64,000 nucleotides of DNA from an uncultured Gammaproteobacteria bacterium (GCA_964432675.1 CAYSOG010000001.1:4523-68522); one strand, 5' to 3'. Positions 27,945 through 38,236 are shown, counted from the stretch's first letter. Program-made: numbers and translations. The notes: generated by a model from the sequence alone, not told the origin.

Positions 27945-28361
27945 ATGGATAAAAAAGCAATTACTATTGAAGCTTTGATAAATGCGCCGATTGAAAAAGT
28001 ATGGGAATATTGGAATGAGCCTGATCATATTACGAAATGGGCTTTTGCTGCTGATGACTGGGAAGCGACAAAGGCAGAAAATGATTTACGAGTTGGCGGA
28101 AAGTTTAAAACGGAGATGGCGGCAAAAGACAAAAGTGCAGGTTTTGATTTTGCAGGCACATACAGTATTGTGAAGGAACACGAGCTTATCGAATATGACC
28201 TTGATGATGGCCGGCATGTAAAGGAAGAATTTACCAAAGAACCGGATGGTGTAAAGGTAGTTATAATCTTTGAGCCGGAAAATGAAAACTCAGAAGAAAT
28301 GCAAAAAAGTGGTTGGCAGGCAATTCTCAATAACTTCAAGAAATACACCGAAAGTAATTAA
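27945..28361 (+). CDS. SRPBCC superfamily protein (AHSA1/activator-of-Hsp90-ATPase-like domain)
   Basis: ITIEALINAPIEKVWEYWNEPDHITKWAF......GGKFKTEMAAKD...FAGTYSIVKEHELIEY is the AHSA1/SRPBCC pattern. Confidence 0.7.
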   Translation: MDKKAITIEALINAPIEKVWEYWNEPDHITKWAFAADDWEATKAENDLRVGGKFKTEMAAKDKSAGFDFAGTYSIVKEHELIEYDLDDGRHVKEEFTKEPDGVKVVIIFEPENENSEEMQKSGWQAILNNFKKYTESN

Positions 28362-28433
28362 CTGCATACTATCTCCCATTACAAACTAATTTATCTATTG
28401 CATTACTCCTTTTTTCTATGGTACAAATAGCTC

Positions 28434-29780
28434 ATGCATTATCGGACACTAGTAATTGCCGCTGCAATGCCACTTTTGTTAACAGCATGTACGTTACCGT
28501 GGCAAGCAGGCCAAAATGGTAAGGCTACAATTTCAGGCATATTTGATTTGAACGGCACAATTCCGCAGGGTGCGACAATTGCTATTGGTTCGCGGGCGGC
28601 AGGCGCAACAGGTAACTTTACGACCGTTGTTTCTGGCCTGCCGACACAAGATAATGGCGCTTGGTCAATTAACGCAGTTAGTGGTAAATCATACGAACTC
28701 CAAGCAACAATGACTCAAAATGGCCAGTCGGTTGCAACTTCCGATCCAATCGACGTGACCGCACCGGCGACGAATGAAGTATTACGTCTTAATATTACAA
28801 ACGGCACACAAACCGCTAATGCGACTATTTCAGGGAAAGTCGTTGTTAATGGTTATATCCCAAGCGGCGCGACACTAACAATAGAAGGTAAAAAGACGGG
28901 AAGTGTTGATTATGCAGTAGTTTCTTCAAACCTCCCGGCCCAAAAGAGTACTACCTTAAGCTATACTACTGCAACTGCTGGACAAGAATACGATGTCCGT
29001 GCAACCTTATATACAAATAGTGGCCAAGCGATTGGAGTCTCGAGCGTACTCATTGTTAGTGCTCCGGCTGCCAACGAAATGCTGACGGTAAATTCAACAG
29101 CCGTACCACCGACGCCTTCACCGACAACTGCACCAGCTTCTGCGAAACCAACCCCCACGCCGTCATCTGCAATTTCCGGCAACATCCAATTCAATGGTGC
29201 TGCACCTGGCAATAGCTCGGTTGTTGTCCTTGCCAGAGTGAATGGGTCAGGTAATACTTACCAATCTGTGGCAAGCGGTATCAATCCGGTGAATGGGTCA
29301 ACCTGGAACTGGCCAAATGCGACAACCGGAACGCTATATGATATGGTAGCAGTGCTTAAACAAAAAAATCAGAATAATACCTATTCTGACGTTGCTTCTT
29401 CGCAGACCCTTACGGTTGCGGCACCAGCATCGAATATTAGTTTTGTTATCAATTCTGGTTACTCGCTTTCAGCGCCTACGGGCAGCATCAATATAAGTTG
29501 TTCAAACCATGACAATAATGCTAATACCTGGAATGCAAATGTAACATTCGGTTCAGTCCAGACCGCGCAATCATACTGGTTCCAACTTGGTACAACCAAC
29601 GGCGGTACTGATACCTATAATAATATGCAAAATGGACAAAATAATATGACACAATCCATTTCACTCACGATTAAAGATAGTGTTATCTACTATGCCCGTT
29701 ACGCGTATGCCAATACCCAAACCAATAACTGGGCAGCCTATTCCCCGTTCTCTTCTGTAACCCAAGTAAAATGTCCTTAA
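28434..29780 (+). CDS. Lipoprotein with three tandem roughly 95-aa beta-sandwich-like repeats and Thr/Asn-rich C-terminal domain
   Basis: Lipobox LLLTAC. Three repeats each start ISG(I/K/N)..NG.IP.GAT and end AP(A/T).NE.L. Pro/Thr linker PPTPSPTTAPASAKPTPTPS. Confidence 0.55.
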   Translation: MHYRTLVIAAAMPLLLTACTLPWQAGQNGKATISGIFDLNGTIPQGATIAIGSRAAGATGNFTTVVSGLPTQDNGAWSINAVSGKSYELQATMTQNGQSVATSDPIDVTAPATNEVLRLNITNGTQTANATISGKVVVNGYIPSGATLTIEGKKTGSVDYAVVSSNLPAQKSTTLSYTTATAGQEYDVRATLYTNSGQAIGVSSVLIVSAPAANEMLTVNSTAVPPTPSPTTAPASAKPTPTPSSAISGNIQFNGAAPGNSSVVVLARVNGSGNTYQSVASGINPVNGSTWNWPNATTGTLYDMVAVLKQKNQNNTYSDVASSQTLTVAAPASNISFVINSGYSLSAPTGSINISCSNHDNNANTWNANVTFGSVQTAQSYWFQLGTTNGGTDTYNNMQNGQNNMTQSISLTIKDSVIYYARYAYANTQTNNWAAYSPFSSVTQVKCP

Positions 29781-29790
29781 ATCGCTAAGA

Positions 29791-30213
29791 TTGTCTGTTA
29801 TAATTTTATTGATGGCTGAAGAACAAACTCCTTCCTTTTTTGGCGATGAAACTGGGCTGGAAATCGAAAAAAGTTTGGCTAAAGTTGCGGCAGAACTTGG
29901 ATTTATACAAACAGATAGTCTTAAATTATTAGAAAAGAGATTGTCAGACAATAAAGTAGATGATGAATTGTCAGATTTAATTTCTGCTTGGCAGCTTGAG
30001 GCCCGGAAGATTGTTACAGAACAAACTAATCCGACAGATCCAAAACCTCAAGTAGGTTTATTGGTTGCCTCGATACAAGTTTTTCTTCGCTGTGGCCGTT
30101 TAGATGACGCTCGGTTTGAGTTAGATGATGCTATAACGTATGCAAACGGCATAGGTGATATTGCTACTGTGAACCAATTAGCAGAGATACTTATGCAACT
30201 AGATAAGAGATAG
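29791..30213 (+). CDS. Hypothetical protein
   Basis: 140-aa ORF, probable start MAEEQ at 29812. Acidic, helical. Confidence 0.4.
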   Translation: MSVIILLMAEEQTPSFFGDETGLEIEKSLAKVAAELGFIQTDSLKLLEKRLSDNKVDDELSDLISAWQLEARKIVTEQTNPTDPKPQVGLLVASIQVFLRCGRLDDARFELDDAITYANGIGDIATVNQLAEILMQLDKR

Positions 30214-30270
30214 CTTTATAAGGTCTTGTACTTACGAATATATTAACAATCCGTTTGGTAAACTCTGGCT

Positions 30271-30534
30271 ATGGCTAAAACATGCACACATCTTGACCAA
30301 ATAAAAGACGTTAAACCAAAAACGCCGGAAGGCTGTGAGGAATGTTTGCAGATGGGCGATGAATGGTTTCACTTACGGCTTTGTTTAACATGCGGTCATG
30401 TCGGTTGCTGTGACCAATCTAAAAATAAGCACGCAACGAAGCATTTTCATAAAACAAAACACCCGATTATTCAGTCATTCCAGCCTGACGAGGATTGGCG
30501 ATATTGCTATATTGATGATTTGACATGGGAATAA
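30271..30534 (+). CDS. UBP-type zinc finger (Znf-UBP) domain protein
   Basis: CTHL..x..C.EC......WFHLRLCLTCGHVGCCDQSKNKHATKHFHKTKHP is the bacterial UBP-type zinc finger pattern with its Cys/His ligands. Confidence 0.65.
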   Translation: MAKTCTHLDQIKDVKPKTPEGCEECLQMGDEWFHLRLCLTCGHVGCCDQSKNKHATKHFHKTKHPIIQSFQPDEDWRYCYIDDLTWE

Positions 30535-30571
30535 TGGAAGCTTATGGTCTGTTGATAGTCTTTGCTAAGGA

Positions 30572-30601
30572 ATAAAAAAAGCCCCAACGATATCGTTGGG
30601 G
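30572..30601 (-). terminator. Intrinsic terminator for the CE4 deacetylase gene (GCCCCAACGAT/ATCGTTGGGGC + T7 on minus strand)
   Basis: Perfect 11-bp palindrome preceded on the plus strand by AAAAAAA. Confidence 0.7.
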
Positions 30602-30619
30602 CGTAATGTTGATCACGAT

Positions 30620-31246
30620 TTAGCCAAGGACGCCGAAGGTATAGCCTTGGGCAAGCAAACCTGGGACGACAGATTCTAAAGCTGCGACCGTATTTGGTCC
30701 TTGCGTATGCATTGTTACAACACCAGGTCGAATGCGGGCTGCAATGTAGGCGGCAGAAGAGCCAGCCCAGTCGTTGGTATCCCAGTTCGTTTGAATAGAA
30801 GTAAAGCCGACTTGGCCTGCTGCGGCACGCACCGTTGCATTATCAGCAAAAAATGGCGCATGTAGTAATGGGGCAGTGCTGACGCCGATTTTTCGAAGAG
30901 CAACTTTTTCACATTGCACGATTTCATCCTGAATGCCGTCGTATGAAAGTGTTCGCAAGTTCTTATGATCCCAGGTATGATTTGCCAAACGGTGGCCTGA
31001 ATTGACAGCGAACTGCACTTCATTGGTATGCCAATCAATCATTTGTCCGGTTATAAAAAATGTTCCCAATACGCCTAAAGCATTTAGGGCCATAGCTTTT
31101 GCTTGCGTACCAACGGCACCATCGTCGAATGTCAGGTAGATAACACTGTCTGCCGCATTGGCTTCTTTGCGGACTTGTGGCATTAATAAAGTAATGCCAA
31201 GTGCTCCTAATCCGGAAATAAATCCGCGTCGTCCGACTTTAAGCAA
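30620..31246 (-). CDS. Polysaccharide deacetylase (CE4, NodB homology domain) with twin-arginine (Tat) signal peptide
   Basis: Tat motif GRRGFISGLGALG. NodB motifs TFDDG and HTWDH. Confidence 0.8.
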   Translation of the reverse strand: MLKVGRRGFISGLGALGITLLMPQVRKEANAADSVIYLTFDDGAVGTQAKAMALNALGVLGTFFITGQMIDWHTNEVQFAVNSGHRLANHTWDHKNLRTLSYDGIQDEIVQCEKVALRKIGVSTAPLLHAPFFADNATVRAAAGQVGFTSIQTNWDTNDWAGSSAAYIAARIRPGVVTMHTQGPNTVAALESVVPGLLAQGYTFGVLG

Positions 31247-31440
31247 TTCCCTTGCATGTCCTTTCCAAGGTGTTAATGTGCAACATAGGTTGCCTCGATT
31301 GCGTAATTATAGCTTAAATAAAGCATAAATCATATCTTTTCCGGTTAACAGGCCAAGAAAAAAGGCGCCGCAGGTTTCCCCTTGGCGCCGAACTTACATT
31401 GCGTTCGGAAGTGATACATAAGAACATATCCTTCCGAAGT

Positions 31441-32904
31441 TTATCCTTCAGTGGGTATCGAATACACACTTCCCAACAGCTTATGCGCTGCCATACCTTC
31501 AGCCTCGGAAAGCTTATGAGAAGTTTTATCCCAATAATAGGGGTCGCCCCATAATATTTCCCGTGCCGCCTTAACACTTGCCCGAAAGCCAACTGTCCAT
31601 AGGTGGAACGGGTAAGTAAATGACCACAGAAAAAGCGAATATTGCTGCGTCCGTCGAATACCATACCAGGTATGATATATATTAAGCAGGTTGCTGATCA
31701 TTGCCAACATGCCCATGTATTCGATCGGCTGCGGAATAATCTGCTGGATAAGACCCAGCCTCGTGCAAACCCAAATACAGGTCAAAGACCAGTAAAATGG
31801 TGCAAAGATGCTAAAGGGCAATGCACCGCCGACAACCGCCGCAAGTGCAATACTGCCAAGCGGGCCGACTTCGCGCAAGAGACGAAACGGGTTTCGGGTA
31901 TGGACGATAAACGTCATCGCGAAGCCTTTTCGCCACCTAGATGTTTGGTTGACTTGCGATTTAAACGTTGACGTCGCCTGCTCTAATGTCGTTGAGTCGA
32001 CCATAACGGTTTTGTAGCCCAAACGGGCAATCCGTATGCCTAAATCGGCGTCTTCGGTAACGTTAAACTGGTCCCAACCACCCGCTTCTGTGAGTGCATC
32101 CATCCGAAGATAGTTAGTTGTACCACCAAGCGGAACGGGCAATTTAGCTCCGGCTAAACCACGGAGGCGCACGGTAAATGCCGTGGCGTAGTGGATCGCG
32201 AACATCCGGGTAAACCAATTGAGCTTGCTATTATATTGGGCCAGTGTTCCTTGAAAACAGCCGGTAGTGGCATACTTCGGGTCTTGCCACAATGTTGCGA
32301 CCGCCCGCAGGCCTTGTGGATCAGGGATGCCCTCTGCATCGAAGATGACAAGCATCTGGCAATGTGCCAAAAGTGCCTGCCGATGCTCACGCATAAACTC
32401 CAATGCCCGCGGTTTTCCCTTCGGCCCATATGCATGAGAGGGAACAGTAATTACCTCAAACCCTTGCGGCAGCTCTTGCTGCCCAAGTGCTTGCTGTGTT
32501 ACGTCATCTCCCTCATCAATAACCAGCAGTACATGCCGTTTGTCTTTTGGATAATCGATCCGATCAAGCCCCTTTAATAGGGGAACAATAACATCACTGC
32601 CTTCCTTATGCAGTGCCGAAACGATTGCCGCATGTGGGCAATTTTCATCGGAAAGTAATACCGCGGGTTTTTGAGCCATCGCTTCTTCCCGAAAACTCAT
32701 AACCCAGAGGTACGAATTAAATAGCTCTGCCAAAAACGACAAAGCAATTGGCGTACTGACAATAACGGTAATGGTAAACAGGAGATTAACCTTGGCACAA
32801 CCAATAATCAGTGCAATCAAGACAACGGGCACGATTTTTTGCCAAGTCGCTGCCCCTTGCTCAGCACTGATTTGCTGAATACTTTCCGGGCTTGCACGCG
32901 TCAC
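31441..32904 (-). CDS. Processive family-2 glycosyltransferase (cellulose/chitin-synthase-like, membrane-embedded)
   Basis: N-terminal TMs. DxD-type region (VIFDAEG), TED motif (NVTEDADLG) and QxxRW motif (QTSRWRKGF), followed by C-terminal TM helices. Confidence 0.8.
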   Translation of the reverse strand: MTRASPESIQQISAEQGAATWQKIVPVVLIALIIGCAKVNLLFTITVIVSTPIALSFLAELFNSYLWVMSFREEAMAQKPAVLLSDENCPHAAIVSALHKEGSDVIVPLLKGLDRIDYPKDKRHVLLVIDEGDDVTQQALGQQELPQGFEVITVPSHAYGPKGKPRALEFMREHRQALLAHCQMLVIFDAEGIPDPQGLRAVATLWQDPKYATTGCFQGTLAQYNSKLNWFTRMFAIHYATAFTVRLRGLAGAKLPVPLGGTTNYLRMDALTEAGGWDQFNVTEDADLGIRIARLGYKTVMVDSTTLEQATSTFKSQVNQTSRWRKGFAMTFIVHTRNPFRLLREVGPLGSIALAAVVGGALPFSIFAPFYWSLTCIWVCTRLGLIQQIIPQPIEYMGMLAMISNLLNIYHTWYGIRRTQQYSLFLWSFTYPFHLWTVGFRASVKAAREILWGDPYYWDKTSHKLSEAEGMAAHKLLGSVYSIPTEG

Positions 32905-34846
32905 TTTTCACCTCTTGCTTAGGTACTTTATCAACCACCTCATAGATACGGCCGAATTTATTCTCAAAAACAATTGTAAAATTCGTATACCGCTCGGGAT
33001 GGTTTTGCATTTCCAAAGCGATATTGTCGTTTTGATGCGTCAGAATCCACTCAACATACGTATCAGGACTATTGAGCACTTTTCCAACCCAGGGCAAAAG
33101 CTCTGAGCGATATTGCCCAAGTGGAATTTGGGCAGCATACTGAACACCCTTAGTGGTACCGAAGGCTTCAAGCAAGATTGCGCCGCCGTCGTAGTGGTCA
33201 TGTAGCCAACTCGCGATTTCTGTACTGCCGGGATCTTCTTGAGCTGATGCATCCATAAGAACCGCGGTGTTGTGGTAAAGATCGCGCCAATCCTTGGCTT
33301 GTAGACTAACAGCTCCAACCATAATCACTAGGCCGACAAGCGTACCTAGCGCTTGCAAACGTATGCGACTTGCATAATGGATGAGTAAGCCTATGCCAAT
33401 GGCCACAAGCGGCAATGCAATAGTGCCATACCGAATATTGACTGATAAAAGCGTTCCCCGCACGATCTTGATTGCGTTGTTGCCCGTATAAAGTGAAACG
33501 ATGAAGTATACGGGAATAAGCATAAGGTACACGGGTGCCAAGTAACGTACTTTGCCTATAACAAGTAGAAGGCAGTATATCGCAAGTCCGGCAATGGCGA
33601 ATGCCAAAAGCGGATCTTGAAAATTCCACCGCACTGCAGCAACGTAATTAGTGATCGTAAAGTGGAGATTATGCACAGCGTCTTGATGGGTTACTTGAAC
33701 TGCGCTTCGGCCAATGACATCAATTGCCCTGGCAGAATAAGGTCCAGTTGCAAAAAACAATGCCGAACCAATAATAACTTGCTCCCAAACGAACCAACCG
33801 CCAATGGCTGAGAACGGAAAGAACGCTAGTATAGCGATATCAGTCAACCACTGTCCACGCAGCCAATCTCTGACAATGCCAGATGTGTTGCGGAAGACTA
33901 AAGGGTTATTGATGCGGTGGATACGACAACTTTTGACAAAGTTAGTAATCACTGCTCGAACAACGAAGATGCCGAAAAATCCAACGAACAAAAACCACGT
34001 TTCATAACGCATAACACAGGCAAGCGCCAGTGCTATTGAGGCCTTGGCCATATTCCCTTCTGTGGGATGCTTTTCGTAGATGATGATGCACAAGCAAGCC
34101 AGCGCTATTGAGCCGATAATACACGACTCCGTCATGGCAGAAACTGAGAAGTACCCCATATTGGGGTTTAGGAACAGCAGTGCAGCACTGCCAAAACTGG
34201 CTATCCTGTTACCGGTTAATTCTTCAACGATGCGGTATGTTGACCGCACGGCAATGATATAGAACAATGCCGACCAAAAGATTGCCGACCAACCCGAGGT
34301 ATAGAGTGGCGTTATCCAGACGGTCAATGCCGTTAAAAACGTATGACCTGGCAGCCACACCGAACCCCAGTCGGCAAGGTTAAATTTGCCTTCAGGATTG
34401 TCCCACATCGAACGTGCATTAATGATCTTTGCGATGGCATCGCCGTATATAGGTGCATTATGGTGCACAACGTGGAAGATAATGTACGACACGACCATAA
34501 ACGCAAAGGCTGCGATAGTGACCGTGTGGCAAGAGAATGTTACCCGGCCGAGGAATTTTATTCCACTAACAGCTGCAGTAATAGACTGTTGCAACCACTT
34601 TGTCAGCGAGCCAATAATAGTCTTGCCATCAGAAGAGATTGTGTTTGTTGCGTAACCGTATTGCGCGTTTGCGCCTTGTTGTCTTATCACGAGCTCCTGT
34701 ACCTTGTTATCATTTCCAGGCTGTGGCGCCACCGTTATTGGCCCAGATAGGGCATAGGTTGGTGGGACAGACCTTGAAAATATCAATTTGATATATTCCA
34801 CCAAGGCGTATGTTAAAACGGCCCACACAAGGGTGCGTCTCATCAC
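32861..34846 (-). CDS. Large polytopic membrane protein, putative GT-C-fold glycosyltransferase/polymerase with C-terminal extracytoplasmic domain
   Basis: 661 aa with more than 12 predicted TM helices, then a roughly 150-aa soluble C-terminal domain. Overlaps (translational coupling) with the GT2 gene. Confidence 0.45.
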   Translation of the reverse strand: MMRRTLVWAVLTYALVEYIKLIFSRSVPPTYALSGPITVAPQPGNDNKVQELVIRQQGANAQYGYATNTISSDGKTIIGSLTKWLQQSITAAVSGIKFLGRVTFSCHTVTIAAFAFMVVSYIIFHVVHHNAPIYGDAIAKIINARSMWDNPEGKFNLADWGSVWLPGHTFLTALTVWITPLYTSGWSAIFWSALFYIIAVRSTYRIVEELTGNRIASFGSAALLFLNPNMGYFSVSAMTESCIIGSIALACLCIIIYEKHPTEGNMAKASIALALACVMRYETWFLFVGFFGIFVVRAVITNFVKSCRIHRINNPLVFRNTSGIVRDWLRGQWLTDIAILAFFPFSAIGGWFVWEQVIIGSALFFATGPYSARAIDVIGRSAVQVTHQDAVHNLHFTITNYVAAVRWNFQDPLLAFAIAGLAIYCLLLVIGKVRYLAPVYLMLIPVYFIVSLYTGNNAIKIVRGTLLSVNIRYGTIALPLVAIGIGLLIHYASRIRLQALGTLVGLVIMVGAVSLQAKDWRDLYHNTAVLMDASAQEDPGSTEIASWLHDHYDGGAILLEAFGTTKGVQYAAQIPLGQYRSELLPWVGKVLNSPDTYVEWILTHQNDNIALEMQNHPERYTNFTIVFENKFGRIYEVVDKVPKQEVKSDACKPGKYSANQC

Positions 34847-34853
34847 TTTCCCT

Positions 34854-35708
34854 TCATGCGAATTTCAAAAGCACGGTAGTTGATACAACGAAGCATAAGA
34901 CAAGAATGCCTTGTATCGGGTCGGTTAGGATGTGTATACCAGGATGGATATCCTCAACAGCGGCGGCCATTTTTGCGCGCAACCGCTTAATAGCAACAAA
35001 GCTTAGGACCAAAAGAATAAGGTAAAGCGGTGACAAGTAAATTGCCGTTGCAATATAGACGACGCAAATACCTGCAACAACTGCATCAGTCAAAAGACGG
35101 GTAGTCTTTGGTGTGTAGAACGCCATTGTTTTTCGGGTATTGATTGATCCACCGTGCCGTTGTTCGGCTCGGCGCTTTTCAAGCTCAATGCCTGTACAAA
35201 GCAAGAAAGCCAGAGCGGTCCAACTCCACCAAACGGCAGGGTGAACCTGGGCTGCGGTAAAACTAGCCAAAACGCGAATGCCAAACATTGCACCAACGAT
35301 AACGACGTCACCAATCGGCACATGCTTAACATACAATGTATAGGTAATGTTTGCGCCAAGATAGACCAGAAGCCATCCTAGCGTTGGTAATCCTAACCTG
35401 CTTGCTAGGGCAAGACTGCCACTAACAAGCAACACACTTGCTGCAACAGCAAGCTGGATTGGGATTTTACCCGAAGCAATGGGCCGAAATTGTTTTGTCG
35501 GATGTTGTCGGTCGCGATCGCGGTCAAGAATGTCGTTAAAAACATAAACCGCGCTTGCAGCGAGGCAGTAGGCCAAAAAAAGAGTGATCAGTTTTGGACC
35601 TTTTTCTGCGATGCCGCCTTGTGTCACGAGAAATGGGAGTGCGGTAAGGCAAAAGACGTTTTTTGTCCACTGCCACACGCGAAGTTGCTTAATCCATACA
35701 CGAACCAT
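34854..35708 (-). CDS. UbiA-family prenyltransferase, decaprenyl-phosphate phosphoribosyltransferase (DPPR synthase)-like
   Basis: NDILDRDRDRQHPTK matches the NDxxDxxxDxxHPxK signature of DPPR-synthase-type UbiA enzymes. Eight or nine TM helices. Confidence 0.7.
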   Translation of the reverse strand: MVRVWIKQLRVWQWTKNVFCLTALPFLVTQGGIAEKGPKLITLFLAYCLAASAVYVFNDILDRDRDRQHPTKQFRPIASGKIPIQLAVAASVLLVSGSLALASRLGLPTLGWLLVYLGANITYTLYVKHVPIGDVVIVGAMFGIRVLASFTAAQVHPAVWWSWTALAFLLCTGIELEKRRAEQRHGGSINTRKTMAFYTPKTTRLLTDAVVAGICVVYIATAIYLSPLYLILLVLSFVAIKRLRAKMAAAVEDIHPGIHILTDPIQGILVLCFVVSTTVLLKFA

Positions 35709-35783
35709 TTTCAGCAGCTTCTTCCTTTTGGGATATCTTGTGTTGTACTTTTTAGGCCTTAGGAACTACGAACTACTGCGTTT

Positions 35784-36353
35784 TTAAAGAGATGGTTGTT
35801 CCATTATGAGTTTAGGATGGGACAATATTTTGGCCGTAAAACCAAAGGACAGTTTGTCTGCGCCAATGTAATTGAGAACAGTACAAATAGCTTCCATTAA
35901 AAACCATGCCAACAGAATTGGCATATGTAGTGCATGTTCCAGTCCACCAACACCCATAATCTTAAGTGGCACCGATGGTGTCGTCAGATTAAAGGCGATG
36001 AATAATGGCAGAAATGCCATAAGCTTTTGCCGGCTGGTATGGTGGGCAAACCTATCTTGCCAAGTAAAGCGCCAATTAAGGCAAAAATTACATAGCAGTG
36101 ATAGTTCAACCGCAATAGCAATTGCGGTAAACGTTTCAACCCCCCGACTTTTCAAGAATGTAAGTAGGGTAAACTGAATAACCGTACTGGCACCACCGAT
36201 AGGTAAAAAACTTGATAGACGCAAAACAAGCCCAGGCTTTTTTTGATAAAGCCAGTATTGGCCTGCAAGGACGGCTGATGCAAGGAACGCTAAGGGGGTA
36301 TTAGTCAGCGGTAAAATTATTCTTGTCGTGAGATTGGATGGGATGTTGTACAC
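35784..36353 (-). CDS. GtrA family membrane protein
   Basis: GtrA-like four-TM pattern with LLCNFCLNWRFTWQDR (NFxxNRxWTF-like). Confidence 0.6.
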   Translation of the reverse strand: MYNIPSNLTTRIILPLTNTPLAFLASAVLAGQYWLYQKKPGLVLRLSSFLPIGGASTVIQFTLLTFLKSRGVETFTAIAIAVELSLLCNFCLNWRFTWQDRFAHHTSRQKLMAFLPLFIAFNLTTPSVPLKIMGVGGLEHALHMPILLAWFLMEAICTVLNYIGADKLSFGFTAKILSHPKLIMEQPSL

Positions 36354-36753
36354 TTTTTTCTCCTGTAGTTTTCAATTGTGTATTCGATTGTTAAGGTACT
36401 GTTTCCCACTAGAAACTGCTCTATGCCGTATTTATGCTTCTTACGTCCAGAATTTGGACTATAGGGGCAAGTTCAGGCAATAGAGCAGCCAATAGTAATT
36501 GGACGGAACAAAAATGCTTTCGTCCGATATCAATAGGATACTATGAGATTATATCAATGGGGTGGTAATATTTCAACCTTTTTAATTTTTTTGCTTGATA
36601 TAGTTATAAAAAATATGACTATTATGGTGACCGATATGAAGCGTAGAATATTACTATATCACAATATATCATAATATAACTATTAACACACGAAGGCCGG
36701 TTATGGCATCTATATCTACCTGTAAAACCGTGAAGCTTATATCAAAGTAAGTA

Positions 36754-36784
36754 ATAAAAAAGGGACTACTTGTTAAGTAGTCCC
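36754..36784 (-). terminator. Intrinsic terminator for putative glycosidase gene (GGGACTACTT/AAGTAGTCCC + T6 on minus strand)
   Basis: 10-bp perfect stem with a 3-nt loop, flanked by AAAAAA on the plus strand. Confidence 0.7.
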
Positions 36785-36913
36785 TAAGAATTGCTAGAAT
36801 TGGGATAGTCTAGCATGAGTATGCTATAGCGTCAGTTACCTTGCGAGTGCCTGTTGATTTTGGATAAATTCCAGTATATTAAGGTACCTCACCTATTACG
36901 ATCAAGGTTAACA

Positions 36914-38236
36914 TCATCCGGTAGCAGGAACGCATGCTGCGAGCATTGCTTCACCAGGTTTGCCCATCACGTCAAAACTGCCGTCGGAAATTGGGTTGTA
37001 TGACCTGTCATGGTAGTTAAAAATCCAGTAGAATTCTCCATTAGGGGTTACATTTTGCCTGACGACCACATTGCACATGGCTTCGATGTAATTTGCCTGA
37101 TCGTTAAGGTTAATACCGGTACCTGGATTCCACTCCCATGGAACAAGATAGGCATGGTTCTGAGAGCCAATACCCCATTCTTGCAATACAAAGTAAACAC
37201 CACGGTCGGTAACGTTCATAGCCTTGACTTTTTCAGCTATCTTTGCAAGACCGAATTCTAGTTGCTGTTCCGTAGCATTTGATGGCACGAGATTTTTGAG
37301 CTCGAAGTACCAGTCAATACCGATAAGTTGGACGTACGGTTGCTGCATATAATCTTTGAGGGTGTCGTCCCAGTTGATTGAGAGAGCAGTAAGGCCTTTA
37401 AACCCGTTTGCCCTCATTTGGTTGATAATCCCTATCCATTGGTCTCCGAAGTATTCAAGATAGGCGTTTTCTGAGCTAATGGAAACTGATTCGGCACCAT
37501 TTTGGACTGCCAGCATTGTGATGGGTCTCATAACGTTTAGCCAGTAATTCGCAAACCACCTTTGAATATTTGCAGGAGGTTCGTCCATCATGGCGTTACC
37601 CTTCCAGTGTTTACTGGCATTAGGCCCATAATACTGGATTGTGCCATTTGGTGCAGTAATCTGCCACTCTTCAGCCATTAGCGGTCGCAGCATGACCGTA
37701 AGCCTTCTTTCGTGAGCCATGCTGATGAATTGAGCTATGTGCTGTGGTGACAATCCCCGGTCTTTGAACGACATGCTTCCAGTTTCGTAGTAGGGAAACT
37801 GCGGGTTTACGTCGTTGTAATCAAGCGTGTAGTACGCCAAGTTTAAGGCAACAGCGTTGGCATGGACTGCAGTGGCGCGATCCAGAATTTGGGTTGCTTG
37901 CGCTGTAAAGTCTTGGTCGGACGGATTAGAATACCAGGCGGTATTAATGCCGACAAAGCGGTAGGGTGCACGTGGTGCTTGATCTACGGGTTGTGCTGGT
38001 GTCTGATCGGTACTCGCTATAGTGTTAATGTGCGATTGGTTGCCAATGGCAAGATCTGGTATATCGCGGCTGGCTGCGGCTTTCGCAGGGCTGCTCATAT
38101 TTGGATCATCGTATCCTACTGCCTTGTTAACCTTAAAGAGTGAACTTATGAATGAACTACTAACTAGAATGACGATAGTAATAAGTTCTTTCTTTCTCAT
38201 AATAGGAATTATACAATATCGGCGGTTATTATTCAA
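36914..38236 (-). CDS. Putative secreted TIM-barrel glycoside hydrolase (GH5/GH26/GH113-like), membrane-anchored
   Basis: N-terminal TM. Glycosidase-like motifs (NAVALNLAYY; WIFNYHDR; VLQEWGIG with a candidate nucleophile Glu). Family assignment is tentative. Confidence 0.4.
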   Translation of the reverse strand: MNNNRRYCIIPIMRKKELITIVILVSSSFISSLFKVNKAVGYDDPNMSSPAKAAASRDIPDLAIGNQSHINTIASTDQTPAQPVDQAPRAPYRFVGINTAWYSNPSDQDFTAQATQILDRATAVHANAVALNLAYYTLDYNDVNPQFPYYETGSMSFKDRGLSPQHIAQFISMAHERRLTVMLRPLMAEEWQITAPNGTIQYYGPNASKHWKGNAMMDEPPANIQRWFANYWLNVMRPITMLAVQNGAESVSISSENAYLEYFGDQWIGIINQMRANGFKGLTALSINWDDTLKDYMQQPYVQLIGIDWYFELKNLVPSNATEQQLEFGLAKIAEKVKAMNVTDRGVYFVLQEWGIGSQNHAYLVPWEWNPGTGINLNDQANYIEAMCNVVVRQNVTPNGEFYWIFNYHDRSYNPISDGSFDVMGKPGEAMLAACVPATG

